DNA of 63,995 bases, counting the filler, from Circinaria calcarea (taxonomy: Eukaryota), in assembly GCA_051942165.1 (NCBI GenBank). It is 11 parts of 11 records of this genome, joined end to end, with 100 filler letters (N's around TTAATTAATTAA, not from the genome) between each part and the next. Parts side by side here need not be neighbours in the genome. Positions count along the whole stretch, not along the records: positions 1 to 5,775 come from JAVECS010001791.1; positions 5,876 to 11,648 come from JAVECS010001792.1; positions 11,749 to 17,519 come from JAVECS010001793.1; 8 more parts are not named here. One strand, written 5' to 3'. Shown one piece after another: positions 1 through 11,860 of this stretch. Made by a program: the position numbers and the translations under genes. The notes under the pieces are model-generated. The model did no database searches, was not told the origin of the DNA, and worked only from the letters and a program-made list of their open reading frames with translations. Numbering within the stretch: position 1 is the first letter of the stretch; each line of letters opens with the position of its first letter.

Positions 1-1089
1 AAAATGCCGAGGAAATGTCGAGTCACCTCTCTTGTTCTTGGAATCATAAATTAAATCACGACTTTCCTATACCTGCTAAATAATTGTATGTGATGTTGCG
101 AGGAAATTAGGTGGGGCGGAGTTTTGGTGTGCCGAGAATTCTGTCAACCGCGTGATTGGATCTCCATCCGCTATTCTCAATTCATCGATACAGCGCCACC
201 CGCGGCGAAAATACCATGAAAAGGTCCATGGGAGGGCGCTGTATAACTTTGCCCCCCCCCCCGTCTCCTTGGATCGAAGACCGTATTTGCTTGAAGGTGC
301 TCACGTCCATACGGACCCATTCGGCTATTGTTGGCAGGGAGAATGGTGGAAATATGTATTGGATGACCTTGGAATAGAGAGATCGGAAGAGCAGAATGAG
401 AGGGGCGTATTTATCGATAGATGCACTCACTCGCCCCTCACCCCTAGTCCCCACCGATTAAAACCCGCATAATAGCCTGGGTCATCGCAATCGTAAACCG
501 TCACTCCTACGTAGCGGAGAAACCCTATCCGGGAAAGAGGGAAGGTCGAATGCGATGATGAGCCCTCGTTAAGGCTCCCTTGTATAGATTCCCTCACTCG
601 CTTGCGTACAGGGTAAAAATGGACCGGAAACGAAGCGGGAACGTAAAGGTGATAGACCAACACACTTTCTCTCCTACCCAACCGTGTTTCTCTGATTGCG
701 AAAGCGGGCAGTATACATCTCGTAAAGCCCCTCCCTTCTCAATTCATAGAAAGAACTTCTAGACGGCCTCGACAGTATTGCCAAGAAGACAGACGCATGT
801 CCCGTCCTTAGGCCCTGAGAGGAAAGAATACTGGGAGCGCCGCCGTGCCGTCGCGCCAAATCGAGGGGAACCCCGAGTGGTTACTCTCAGGGCGTAGGCG
901 ATTTGATTCATCTCATTTCACCTGCTTCAGATATAAAGCAGAGAATACAAAGCAGGATCCTGTATCATCAGAAATACTAGACACAAATGAAAGTGTAGTT
1001 TTTTTGCTGCCGCATGATGAATTGCTCTTTTATTCCTTTCCAGGCCGACTTTTGCCTTCCTATTCTGCACTTCTTACTACCTTCCAAGA

Positions 1090-3130
1090 CTATCTTGTTC
1101 TATCCTCGAAAGTCCGTCGAACGTCCAATAGTGGAAAGTAACCGTTAGACTGTTCCGTATCCGGAAACATACCAATAGATTTGGAGGACTGGTATGTTAG
1201 ATCCCAAAAATCCGGTTTATTGATTTCGATTTCTTTCTCGCTAGATGCGCTGTCGTCCTGCTTAATATTATCTTTACGTTCTAGGAAGCTTTTCCCTGCT
1301 TGGATGTGGACTTTTCGGAATACACTAAGCTCGTACACTAAGCTCTTCAAGGTTTTTCTTCTTCTCCTCCTCTTTCTCTTCCGCTTTCTCTTTCTCTAGC
1401 TCTGGATTCTTCAGCTGTTTATTAAAGGTAGAATTATTTGAGACATCGTCAAGAATATGGAACGATGGAATGTCAAAGTCTTTAATTTTAGGATACAGCT
1501 GTTGTGTCATTAGGGTAGCGCGACCGACGTTGGCCTGAGCACGTCCTAAGCCGACTCTTGGCGCAGCTTCCTTTTCGTTAATATCCACTTGCACCTGAAA
1601 GTATTGCAAGTTGCACACAGGACTAACAATTAATAAAGAGCAACAAAAGTTATCGAGGCAGACTTACCAAGTGAGCATCCCGGTAGGCGTATTTAGTGCC
1701 CCGGTCCCAGAGCAAGCAAGCCTTGGACACTGCCCTTCAATACTATGGAATTCTAGAAATAGAATCGACATGTCAAGGCTCGAGCCCGGAAAAATGAGAC
1801 GATTCCAATCTTGTTGAGGGATAATCTGATACGGAGGTCTTGTATTCATAACGTGATATTCACCTTGTAGTACCTTTGACTCGCCTGGGAGGCCTTTGAA
1901 TTTGCATTGAAGCATTTTCTCAAAGATCTAGTCGACATGAACATTAAGTGGGGAAAGCTTCAACAGTATACCATTACCTCAAACTCGCTGAAGATAGCAT
2001 AAGGAAGTCTCCATTCTCTCTGAAGCACATCGACAAACCGGATGTCATCAGTCAAAAGACCACTGGGCGCGGTAGAAATCCTTTCCGACATCCGCCGAAG
2101 AAGTATGTATATCTCTATATTGGAGAGGCTAACCGGCTCAGTTTACCATAAACTGACAATCGCGGTATTTACTTACTGCAGTTGCTTCAAAAGCTCCTTG
2201 ATTTCTTTCGAGAAATCTGAAAACCTGTATTGGTTAGCTACGTTGTGCGGAGAATTGGAAATTTTTTATACTTGCCTCTGAAGGAGCTGACGTACTAAAA
2301 AAGCAGAATGGGAGATAGAGACCTGCAAAGTATTGACCGACGACCGGACTTGGATCACACCAGCCCAGATTGCTCGCCCAGTTGACATTGCTCGTTGCTC
2401 GTTCTCAAATTCAAGGCGCCGTTGTCGCTCCAATCGCTCCACTCCGACGCGGAGCCCAGCACAAATCTTAAGAAGCCTATGAGTGTCTAATCTGGTTTTA
2501 TTCCCAGCTCTTCTTATTTCGTTTTTGGTTTCGCGTATATCTTGAGAGAGCCGCGCTTTTGTTTCGTTACAGTCCTGTAAGGCATTCTCCAAGGCACCCC
2601 GATTCTCAGCCACAGATTGCTGAATGCGGTATATTTGTTTCCTGATGACTTAGTCAGTCCAAGAGCCTCTAGCTGTCCATGAATCCGCTACTATACCCCA
2701 TAGGCATTGCTAATAACACCGAAACGGAGACAATCTTCATCGTAACAACGGCCCGGAGCTGAGTAATATCTTCCTGCATTGTTACAATCCATTGGACTTT
2801 GCGTCCTACTCCACGCAACAGATTTGACCTGGATTGCGAAGTCGCAGCCAGTCTGTATTTCTCCATTTTGCCTAGGAAATCTCGGAGAGGAATCTGGACG
2901 GAGAGGGCCATGCCCCGTACTGCGTTAAGGTGACTTAGGGACGGCGACGATTCCGGCGGTAGGTCTTTAAGCTGCTCGAGGAGAAGCTCGAGTTGCTGCA
3001 GCTCCTGGAGTAGATCTTTGATCTCAGTGGCGGCGCCATTGGTATCTTTTAACGCCTTTGAAATCTTTACTACTAAGTTGATTGCGGCGATAAAGTCGCC
3101 GACGGAGAAGCCGAAGGCAGGAGCGGGCAT
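1090..3130 (-). pseudogene. Fungal HeLo-like/SesA-type N-terminal domain + ubiquitin-like domain + Cys zinc ribbon protein; multi-exon, frameshifted near 1321-1345
   Basis: The N-terminus MPAPAFGFSVGDFIAAINLVVKISKAL..A..EIKDLLQEL is typical of fungal STAND N-terminal domains. Spliced exons give DDIRFVDVLQREWRLPY..FE/IFEKMLQCKFKGLPGESKVLQGEY..DWNRLIFPGSSLDMSI, then CPRLAC..CPVC. Introns were reconstructed in frame (one GC-AG at 2225-2275). A 13-bp duplication breaks the frame. Confidence 0.7.
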
Positions 3131-3527
3131 GACGAGAGGAGTTGCGCTACGTCTTCACGTTCTCACCTAGCAGTAAGAATGAGGACCTTTTTCTATCTAA
3201 GTCGTCTTGCAGGATTTCAACAAGGGCTAAGATTGTGCGTGGGCTACTTGTTCGAGAGGTGGGGTGTAGGTTTACCGTTCGATTAATCACTGCTTGTGGT
3301 GGTCGCCCGAAGTCAGGGCTGCTCTACAACACAGTTAGGCGGGGCGCCACAAGCCACCGAGTAGTCACGTTCGGCTATGACGTTTAATTCTAACCCCACC
3401 TCCTCTCTCCCACCTTATTTCCCCCTCTTTCTATCGACTGTCCGTCATGTATGGATTGGGTTTTTCTCCAGATACAGCACGCCGCAACATGGTCAGGTTC
3501 CCGCTCTACCATGGACGCCATCTCCTT

Positions 3528-5024
3528 CTACCTAAACTTCATGATTGACGATACCGAGGTTGGAATTCGCCGCGCCAGCGAATGTGGCGCTTCAGCGGAG
3601 ACCCCAAGCCAACGCTTCCGTATCCATTGCATGATCCATGCTCGGCCGAACCAAAACACACTCGCAGGTAGTGACCAGAAATCAGATTGGTTCATGTTTC
3701 CGAGAACGACGCTGAGGAGACTGGTGACTTGGGCATATTGCAAAGACTGGTCTTCCCATTCCTGCAGTGTCATGGCTCCTGTCATGACCTTCTCGAACAG
3801 CAGGGCATGCAACGCAGCTTGGTTGGTACTACAGGCAACGTGTGGGCGAAACGCTGCCAGGGCGTCACCAACAAATATTAATTTCCCGTTGAAGAACGAA
3901 GGAGGCCCTGAAGTCACGTCTGTAATCGCTTGGACGAAAGGCTGCGTAGTCTTTTGAACCAATTCTGCGAATGGAGTTGGCAAATCGTTCACCGCTCGCT
4001 CGACTTGTTTCGCCCAGACCTCCTCGCGAATCTCCCCTGCAGGAAGAGTGACGTGGTGACGATGGGCGTTGGTATTGGTAAGGATTTGGTCGAGCTTTTC
4101 TTCGGACTCACAGGTGTACCACACATAATTCAACACACGTTCACCTGGTTCGAGGCTGCCGTTCTCGCCCGGAATAAGATATCTGGTGCGCGAGTATTAG
4201 TTGCCGTACGTAGGTTTTGACGACTTTGTTCGTCCTGCGAGCTGCTTACAGGAGTATGTGACTTCCGCTCATGCGATAGTAGGTAAGCCTCTCTCGGAAT
4301 ACTCCCTTCGTGGCCTCCGAAACTTCTTTCTCAACTACAGTGCCTCGCCACGCAACATAGCCAACATACTTGCGCTGCACCTCAGGCTGCACGATCTGGC
4401 GAATTGTAGAACTTGGTCCGTCGGCGGCTATTACCAGATCGGCTTCTATGCTGCCTCCACCGTCCATGCTACTGAATAGAACCGTCATAGTTCCATTTGT
4501 TTCCTTGACATCGGTCACGGTCTTGCCTTGGTCGTACTTTGCTTTCCCAACGCCATCCGCCAGCGCCCCTTCTCTTTCAGGTGTCATGGTGGGTAGCTCC
4601 GGGCAGTATTTACTCTGCAAGCCATCGAAGTTTGCTCTTAGGCGATAGTATAGAGTGGTCCAGCTGGTCATGTGAAGCTCCATATTCCACGTCTTGACGA
4701 CCTCTGCTTTCCGGCTGAGGAACTGCATGTTGGGGCTGATAATAGACCATGGCCGCTTCACCACATCGTAGGCATTGAAGAAGGCTTCTACATTCTCCAT
4801 GGCAGTGATTCCGGCTCCACGACTGTGCAACGCGGACGAATCCCGCTCAAGAATATGAACGTTGTGACCGAGGCGTTTAAGGACGATGCCGTGCATTAGC
4901 CCAGCAAGGGAACCGCCGACCTGGAGTTGCGAGTAAAACGGTTAGCGATCAAAAATCGACCATCTTCAAGGCTTGACATACTGACGACGACAGCGTTCAG
5001 GGGCCCGTCAGTCATGACCGACAT
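3528..5024 (-). CDS. FAD-dependent monooxygenase (2,6-dihydroxypyridine 3-monooxygenase-like)
   Basis: Spliced N-terminus NAVV/VGGSLAGL (GxSxxG FAD motif), DLVIAADGPSSTIR, YVGYVAWRG, VGDALAAFRPHVACSTNQAA; introns near 4921-4985 and ~4200-4250. Confidence 0.9.
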
Positions 5025-5655
5025 TTCATCCGTAGGGCTTGTAGCGACTTGAAATACCCACGCTGTCAAGCTTTCTGGGGGAGCTTAGTAAGTGAAGCTT
5101 GTGTTGTGTTTTGGTAAGCATTACTCTGTATGCTCTGTACTTCGTACGGCCCCGGAGGAATGAGACGCATGTACGATGTACGGAGGTACTTGAGACTGTA
5201 GATCTCGATACGGGCGTTGACGGTGCCAAGACTCGCTGAAACAACCCCGCCCCGTTATTGTTTGCAGTAGTGGCATCGACATAGCCGAGGGGTTAGTCTC
5301 GATCCCGTTAATACTCCGCAAAATGGGGATGTAACCAGCGCATCGTGCTCGTGATAAGGTTAAAGCTACTGCCAACACCAGGCTGTGCCAGTAATCCTCC
5401 GGACCTCATTCAATGCCAGCCAACCAATCCGACTTTGCATGACCCTTTCCCCCCGGCCGAATCAGTCCTGTACGGGGCAGTCCATTGCTCAATCCTATCG
5501 AACAGCCTACTAGAGCTTGGCTATTTCCTTCTTCACCCAAATCAGTATTGTCCACCTGCGGCACAGAATGGACTTGGCATATGCCTATATAGCACTGAGC
5601 GCAAGCTCAATATGGTCTCCGCTCGATTCGTTCAAGTTATCTTCATTCTGGCGCA

Positions 5656-5775
5656 ATGCCTTCCGTTAATATCAGCCCAGAAGAAATCGCATATCAACTG
5701 GCAAACTACAAGCAGGACAAGACACCAGCGCTGAAGGGATCAAGCATATGTCTTATCATTCTAGCAACCATCGCT
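5656..5775 (+). CDS. 5' fragment of a probable Pth11-like integral membrane protein (cut by contig end)
   Basis: MPSVNISPEEIAYQLANYKQDKTPALKGSSICLIILATIA is open to the spacer and resembles the first TM segment of fungal rhodopsin-domain proteins. Confidence 0.5.
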
Positions 5776-5875
5776 NNNNNNNNNNNNNNNNNNNNNNNNN
5801 NNNNNNNNNNNNNNNNNNNTTAATTAATTAANNNNNNNNNNNNNNNNNNNNNNNNNNNNNNNNNNNNNNNNNNNN
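5776..5875. other. Artificial contig spacer N44-TTAATTAATTAA-N44 (also 11649-11748, 17520-17619, 23387-23486, 29253-29352, 35118-35217, 40983-41082, 46843-46942, 52703-52802, 58558-58657)
   Basis: Ten identical 100-bp gaps with a six-frame stop core; genes are cut at them; intervening contig lengths never increase. Confidence 0.99.
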
Positions 5876-7518
5876 GTCGTAGGGAGCAGGGGACCAAGAG
5901 TGGCAGCATAATGCCCGAAGAGCGTTTTTAAAACGGAAAAAAAAGGGGGGGGGGGAAACCCCTTCTAGGGGATTTTGAAATTGGGGGAAGCACCCCGAGA
6001 GGTGTGTGTTTATTTATTTCGGAGCTAGGATAGTACAAGTACTTGAGTACCACCTTTTGTTTAGGAGACGGAAGTCTTGGGATATCTAACAGACATGCCC
6101 ACTCCCCTTTCACGCCAACTTGCAAGTTCCCGCCCGGCGAGAGCACCGGTCCGTGACTCACTCGCCACTGCCCAGTTATTAGGTCACAAACTCGGCCGAG
6201 ACGCCTGTAAGATAGAATCACAAAGTCTAATCGGAAGCCTTCGATTCCAAATCCCCCCCTTTCATCATATATCCCGGCCAGGAAACTCAAACCGCCTCAT
6301 TTTGGAGCAAAGCAACTGAAAGAGAATGGGCATTTGGGGGGGGGGGATCTTTGTGGCCATCCATTGGCTGTTCTGGGATATTAGTGGAGGGATGAGGTGG
6401 TTGGGATGATGAGTTGATGGAAGCCCCTCATTCATACATGGGACAACCTCGCTTAAATGCTCTGCCACTTATCGAGAATTCTGCTCCTAATCTCTTGCAA
6501 AATCTGCACCTCTAGCTGGTATAGGCTTCGATTAGGTCGACATATGCTGCCTCGCTGCTCGTGGCGTCATTTACTGTAAGGTGGCTGCCATCTGCAAAGG
6601 GTCTCGTTGTCGACTGGCTGATCGTGCCAATCTTTCGCTTGCTCTCGTGATCTTCGACTTTTACACGGAGTGACTCGGCAGCGAATTTGCGGATGCGCGA
6701 AAGAATAGTGTAGTGGTGACACATAACCCGAAGAGCATTCACCAGACATAATCGGGTTAAAGGGGATCCGTTTACGGCAATATCGAATTACGCATAGCGT
6801 AAAAAGCGAGGGCCCCTATAGAACGACGATATCAAGAATGATGTGATAAGCAAAGGCGAAGGAGATCGAGGCTAGTGTAAGAGCAACATTCTACGGAGTA
6901 TGAGAAGCTAAATAATGTTCTTGCAGAAGCGGACTGTGTGCCCATAGCCACGCCTTGTGAAAGAGCAAGGTCCTGAACAGCATGAACATGACGTAGAACA
7001 AGAAGGCTCACGAGGAGTGACTATTAAAATGGGGGAGCTGATACATGAGGAAGCTTTGGTGGCGGTGTTGGAGGGATGGGTGCTTGTTTGCTGGGGGCCT
7101 GGCTGTGTACTATGATGCACCGAATGCTAATAAGAAGTTGGTGAAAATATGAAGCGTAGATGTATTATCATATACTCACGGACCTTTATCAAATTCGCAC
7201 ATTAATTTCGAGACGCTTAAGATTGAGCATACACTGAGGTTCTTGAAGATCGGTAAAGCTATGACGGCGGCGAACAGACATTAAGTAGGCAAGAGTATGT
7301 TATGGGAAAGATATTACAAGATTAGAGGATTATCTACCTAGCAAATAGTGCAACGTGCCAGATACTCTCCCGCACACGTAGAGTATGGCTTATCCAGGTC
7401 AATATTTAGGTCTAATGACTGCCACCTTAAATTCCTACCAAATTGTGAGTTAATAGGACTGGTCTCTAGCTGTGAAACTGTACATACTAATCAGGTCTTG
7501 CCCCTGCACAAAGTTGGA

Positions 7519-8496
7519 TCAGAATCTGGATGTGTTAACATCGCCTTTGCCCCCAGAAATCCCGCGACACTCTTCCATTTTCCCATCATTGTTGATCCCT
7601 TGAAAGAGCATCGACTTGTCCTCTCCAGTCTCCTGTAAGGTGGTAGTTTCGACAGTTCCCCAGTCCACCACCCATTCGGACTTTGAACCATCCCAGCTCA
7701 TAACCGGACATTGGACAAAGATCTTGGCCCAGAGTCGTCTCATGTATCTTGGGGTGATCTGATGGGGATGACTGGGGCCATCCTCCGGTAAGACTGGCAG
7801 TAAATTTCCTCTACGGGGAGGGGGTCGTCTCCAAGCAACCCTCCCGTGTGCTAGATTTCGTAAATGTTCCCATTCCTGCAAAGGCAAAGGAGGAAGGACT
7901 TTGTCAAGCAACTTGGCAAACCAATTCTTTTCCAAATTGTGCACCCTCTTCTTTGGCATTGGCCGACCCCAGATATTTGTCGGTGGTATTTCCGGGGCTA
8001 GATGCTTGATGGGTGATCTTGATGATAAAGACGCCCTTTGAAGTTTCTGAGCCTTGACAAGTGCTTTCATCCTGTTCGTAAGAAACGTTCCCTGCCACGC
8101 GCCTTCGACAGATGCAGCAGCCAGTTTGATTACATCTTCATGAGACTCGGGAATGTCTGGAGCCCTCACAAAGCGCATCAGCTCATGCCTTCTCTTGCCT
8201 GTCCGGCCATACGTATGCGCCAGGACTTTCTCGAGGGCACTGGAGTACCCGGCATTCGCGCGAAGGAGGAGACCCAGTCCTTTGCGTGCTTGCTTAAGTA
8301 AGGCTTTCTGGCGACTCACGGATGGAGTTTTGTATTGACGATAATCGCCTGCCTTTCGAGGCCAGTACTCTCTAAACCGCGACGTTATATGGGATTGAAA
8401 GTACACGCGTGCTGCTGGGTCAGGGAGATAGGTGCATTCACGAAGTAGGGCTCGTGCGAGATAGAGAGCTGTGGAGGATGGCTTTTCCACGGTCAT
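7519..8496 (-). CDS. LYR-motif-like mitochondrial protein (Cup1/LYRM-like)
   Basis: 325-aa ORF with LARALLRECTYLPDPAARVYF..I..RFR and NIWGRPMPKKRVHN..WF..LLDKVLPPLP..EWE.L, conserved in this fungal family. Confidence 0.75.
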   Translation of the reverse strand: MTVEKPSSTALYLARALLRECTYLPDPAARVYFQSHITSRFREYWPRKAGDYRQYKTPSVSRQKALLKQARKGLGLLLRANAGYSSALEKVLAHTYGRTGKRRHELMRFVRAPDIPESHEDVIKLAAASVEGAWQGTFLTNRMKALVKAQKLQRASLSSRSPIKHLAPEIPPTNIWGRPMPKKRVHNLEKNWFAKLLDKVLPPLPLQEWEHLRNLAHGRVAWRRPPPRRGNLLPVLPEDGPSHPHQITPRYMRRLWAKIFVQCPVMSWDGSKSEWVVDWGTVETTTLQETGEDKSMLFQGINNDGKMEECRGISGGKGDVNTSRF

Positions 8497-9093
8497 TCGG
8501 AGTGTCGTCCCTATGCCCTCTAAGCCAACTTGTCATATTCGATACAAAATTACAAAATTGTCCTGAAAGATATCGAAATAAGCTCCGGCCCTATTTTCCT
8601 CCGCCCCCTGATCGGCAGGATCATAGCCGAGGGTAGTCTGTGGTGCCGCGAAGCGACGACCCCCGCGACACGAATACTCCAACCCACATTTCGTGGAGGG
8701 GATAGGACCCCAGTACGGATTCATGCGCCATTGATAGACTCTGCTATAGTCATTTCACAGAAAACTTTGTGACGCTATAGGTAGCGTTTCATTTCTTTAC
8801 ACAGGACGCTTTTATTTCGTTCTTCTCGTTCCTCAACGCGCGGGCGGCATCACGCTCGCAGATTGGCAGATTACGGACGCGCCAAGAGCAAGCAATTAAT
8901 CCCCATTTGGGAACACGCGACACCTCTCCCCCAAGGAGTGGAGTAGTAGGTATCAGATCGTGAGTGTACGGCAAGATGGGGTATTGCCCTGTTGTTCGAC
9001 CGAGTAACTAACAAGTAGATCTTCAGGACAGAGATCTTTCCAGCACTGCAAATATGTCTAGCAACACAACCGCTTCTCCTTGATACTGGCCTC

Positions 9094-11648
9094 ATGGCCT
9101 CAGTAGTACACGCCTCGCAACCCCAATATCATACACCTTCGTTTTCAAGAGATAGTACCAGCTCTTCTCTTGGCGCCCTTCAGTTTTCGCAGATAGGAAT
9201 TAGTCCCTTCGAGGCGCAGTCAGTCACATCTACCCCGGCAGAAACTCCCCCTCCTTCGAGAGGCCACCCGCAGCAGATGTCTTTCAATATGGGCGGGTAC
9301 GGGCCTCCTAACGGTATACATCTACCTCAAGGCGCGCCAAGGGGGTTAGCGAATATCAATGGTCAAATGCAACAGCAGCAATATCCCCTTGGTCACAAAC
9401 CGGAAATATACACTGTAAGGCGGATTCCTGCCCAAGGCTCAACTTCCCCTGGGAGAGCACGCCAGGATAAGGTTATCACGGAAGTGCTGATAACACGTTT
9501 GATAGGCGGTATATTCGGGTGTTTCGGTCTATGAAATGGAAGTCAATACTATCGCGGTAATGCGCCGGCGCTCGGATTCCTGGCTAAATGCAACGCAAAT
9601 CCTTAAGGTTGCTGGGATTGACAAAGGTAAACGTACTAAAGTGCTGGAGAAAGAGATTCTTGCCGGTGAGCACGAGAAGGTACAAGGAGGTTATGGAAAA
9701 TATCAAGGAACTTGGATCAACTATAATAGAGGTCGAGAATTCTGTCGCCAGTACGGTGTCGAGGAACTATTACGCCCTTTGCTTGAGTATGACATGGGTC
9801 AGGATGGTGTGACGCTGGCAGGACAAGGTGGAGCGGAGACTCCAACAAAGGAACAGGCAATGGCAGCTCAACGCAAAAGAAACATGTATAATGGAGGAAT
9901 CGAGAATCGACCATCAGCACAGTCGCCAAGTGGGACGTTCTTCAAAAATATCTCGAGCACTGCTGCTAATGCGGTAAACGCCATCAACAAAGCTAGATTT
10001 GAATCCCCGGGACCACGGCCTGCCAGTGGTAACAAACGTCCAACGCCGGCAAGAAAGTCATCCCACCAGGTCATGGGTAGTCAGGAGTCCATATATGCCG
10101 GAAGTAGTCAGCAGAGTATGCAAAGTGTCCATTCGGAAGGGAGCTTTGGTATAAATGGACAACTTGAGCCGGCTTTCGGCACACATACAACACCGTACTT
10201 CACTAACGCTCAACACCTTAACATTGGTCACGATATCCAAGAACCACCCCGTAAGCGTGTCAGACCTTCCTCAAGTCAAGATATTTATTCACAAAGCATG
10301 AACGGTGGCTATGATGGGATGAGAGCGACAAGTCCGACTGAACCCAACGAATCATTCCTGTATCACCAACGAGGACTCACTGAACCCACCATGGACAGTG
10401 CCGTGATTGGCATACAGCCACTGCCGCAACCTACCTCAGCGGCAGCACGGGAGAAGCAGCAGCTCCTGATATCGCTCTTCCTTGATCCATCCCAAACCGA
10501 CTTCTCGACTCACCCGTCCTTGTTGCGTCTTTCTGGCGAAGATCTCGACATTCCCATTGACGCCACTGCTCACACTGCTTTACATTGGGCCGCTACACTG
10601 GCGCGGACATCACTTTTGCGAGAACTCATTTCAAAAGGAGCCAGCATTTTCCGAGTCAACGGTGGCGGTGAGACTGCCCTTATACGAGCTGCTCTAACTA
10701 CCAACAACCTTGATCAAGGAAGCTTTCCCGAGCTCTTGGAACTACTTGGTCCTACGATCGAGATGCGAGATGGTCGCGGTCGAACTGTTCTGCATCACAT
10801 TGCAGTTTCTTCAGCCATCAAAGGACGAAGTCCGGCCTGCAGATATTACCTTGAGTGTCTTCTCGAGTTCATCGTTCGCAAGGGCAGCAACGTAAGTAGT
10901 CAGCAAGACTCATTTAACGTGATGCCCGATACTTCGTCGCAGTCCAAACCTAAACCAATCAATCTAGCAAGGTTCATGTCAGAAGTCGTGAACGCAACGG
11001 ATATTTCAGGAGATACAGCACTGAATCTTGCAGCAAGAATCGGTAACCAGAGCATCATAAAACAGTTGATCGAAGTAGGGGCGAACGCCAGCATACCGAA
11101 CCGTGGTGGTTTGAAGCCTACTGATTTCGGAGTTGGTGGTGATCCTGAGCCTACGGACCCTTTCTCATCCAGTCAGCTATCGTTCCCCACCCAAGAAAAA
11201 TCAGCTATTAGCAGAGTCGGGGAAAGCAGTAGGGACCTCATGGCTAGTAAGTTATCATCAGTCTGGTGTATTCTCATCCATCCCAAACATGACTAATCAA
11301 ATACACTACAGCAATATCAACCTTACTGTCTGATACCGAATCGTCCTTTCGCTCCGAAATTCAAACAAAACAAACTCTCATAGATCAAGCACATCTTAAA
11401 TTACGCGAAACCACCGCCGCACTTGCCGAAGAACGTCGCCGTCTCGAAGAGCTTCAGAAAAAGTCCAACGGGTGCAAAGAGCTGAAACAGCGACTTGCGA
11501 ATCTCAGGCGAGCAAATGAGGAGCAGAAACGGGCCCTGACCCACGGAAGATCAAATAATGGCATGAATAACGGTATCCAATTCCGCTCAGATGTCAAAAT
11601 CGGAGACGCGGATGCCGGGCTCGAAACCGATCCTTCCCTCCTTCCCTT
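9094..11648 (+). CDS. SWI6: APSES/KilA-N + ankyrin cell-cycle transcription factor Swi6/Cdc10 (3' truncated)
   Basis: IYT/AVYSGVSVYEMEVN..VMRRRSDSWLNATQILKVAG..HEKVQGGYGKYQGTW; ankyrin repeats (HTALHWAA, GDTALNLAAR); introns ~9415-9505 and ~11247-11311; coiled-coil tail runs into the spacer. Confidence 0.9.
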
Positions 11649-11748
11649 NNNNNNNNNNNNNNNNNNNNNNNNNNNNNNNNNNNNNNNNNNNNTTAATTAA
11701 TTAANNNNNNNNNNNNNNNNNNNNNNNNNNNNNNNNNNNNNNNNNNNN

Positions 11749-11860
11749 CAGCTTTCGCAGCTAAGACAGCTGATACAAACGTGCGGCTTCGGATTGCTGG
11801 GGAGACCAATTGGCGGGTCAGAGGGGTGCGTAAAGCTTTATTGAAGCTGCGGGAGGCCAT
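11749..11860 (-). CDS. ILV5: Mitochondrial presequence of ketol-acid reductoisomerase (5' fragment)
   Basis: MASRSFNKALRTPLTRQLVSPAIRSRTFVSAV closely resembles the Neurospora ilv-2-type leader (KALRPLARQLATPAVQRRTFV); cut by the spacer. Confidence 0.7.

Noticed and set aside
5876..7340. Several 60-120-aa ORFs
   Set aside because: No recognisable motifs; homopolymer-rich and probably intergenic or low-quality contig end.
8836..8920. ACGCG (MCB-like) cores upstream of SWI6
   Set aside because: Five-base matches in a GC-rich promoter; too weak to claim autoregulation.
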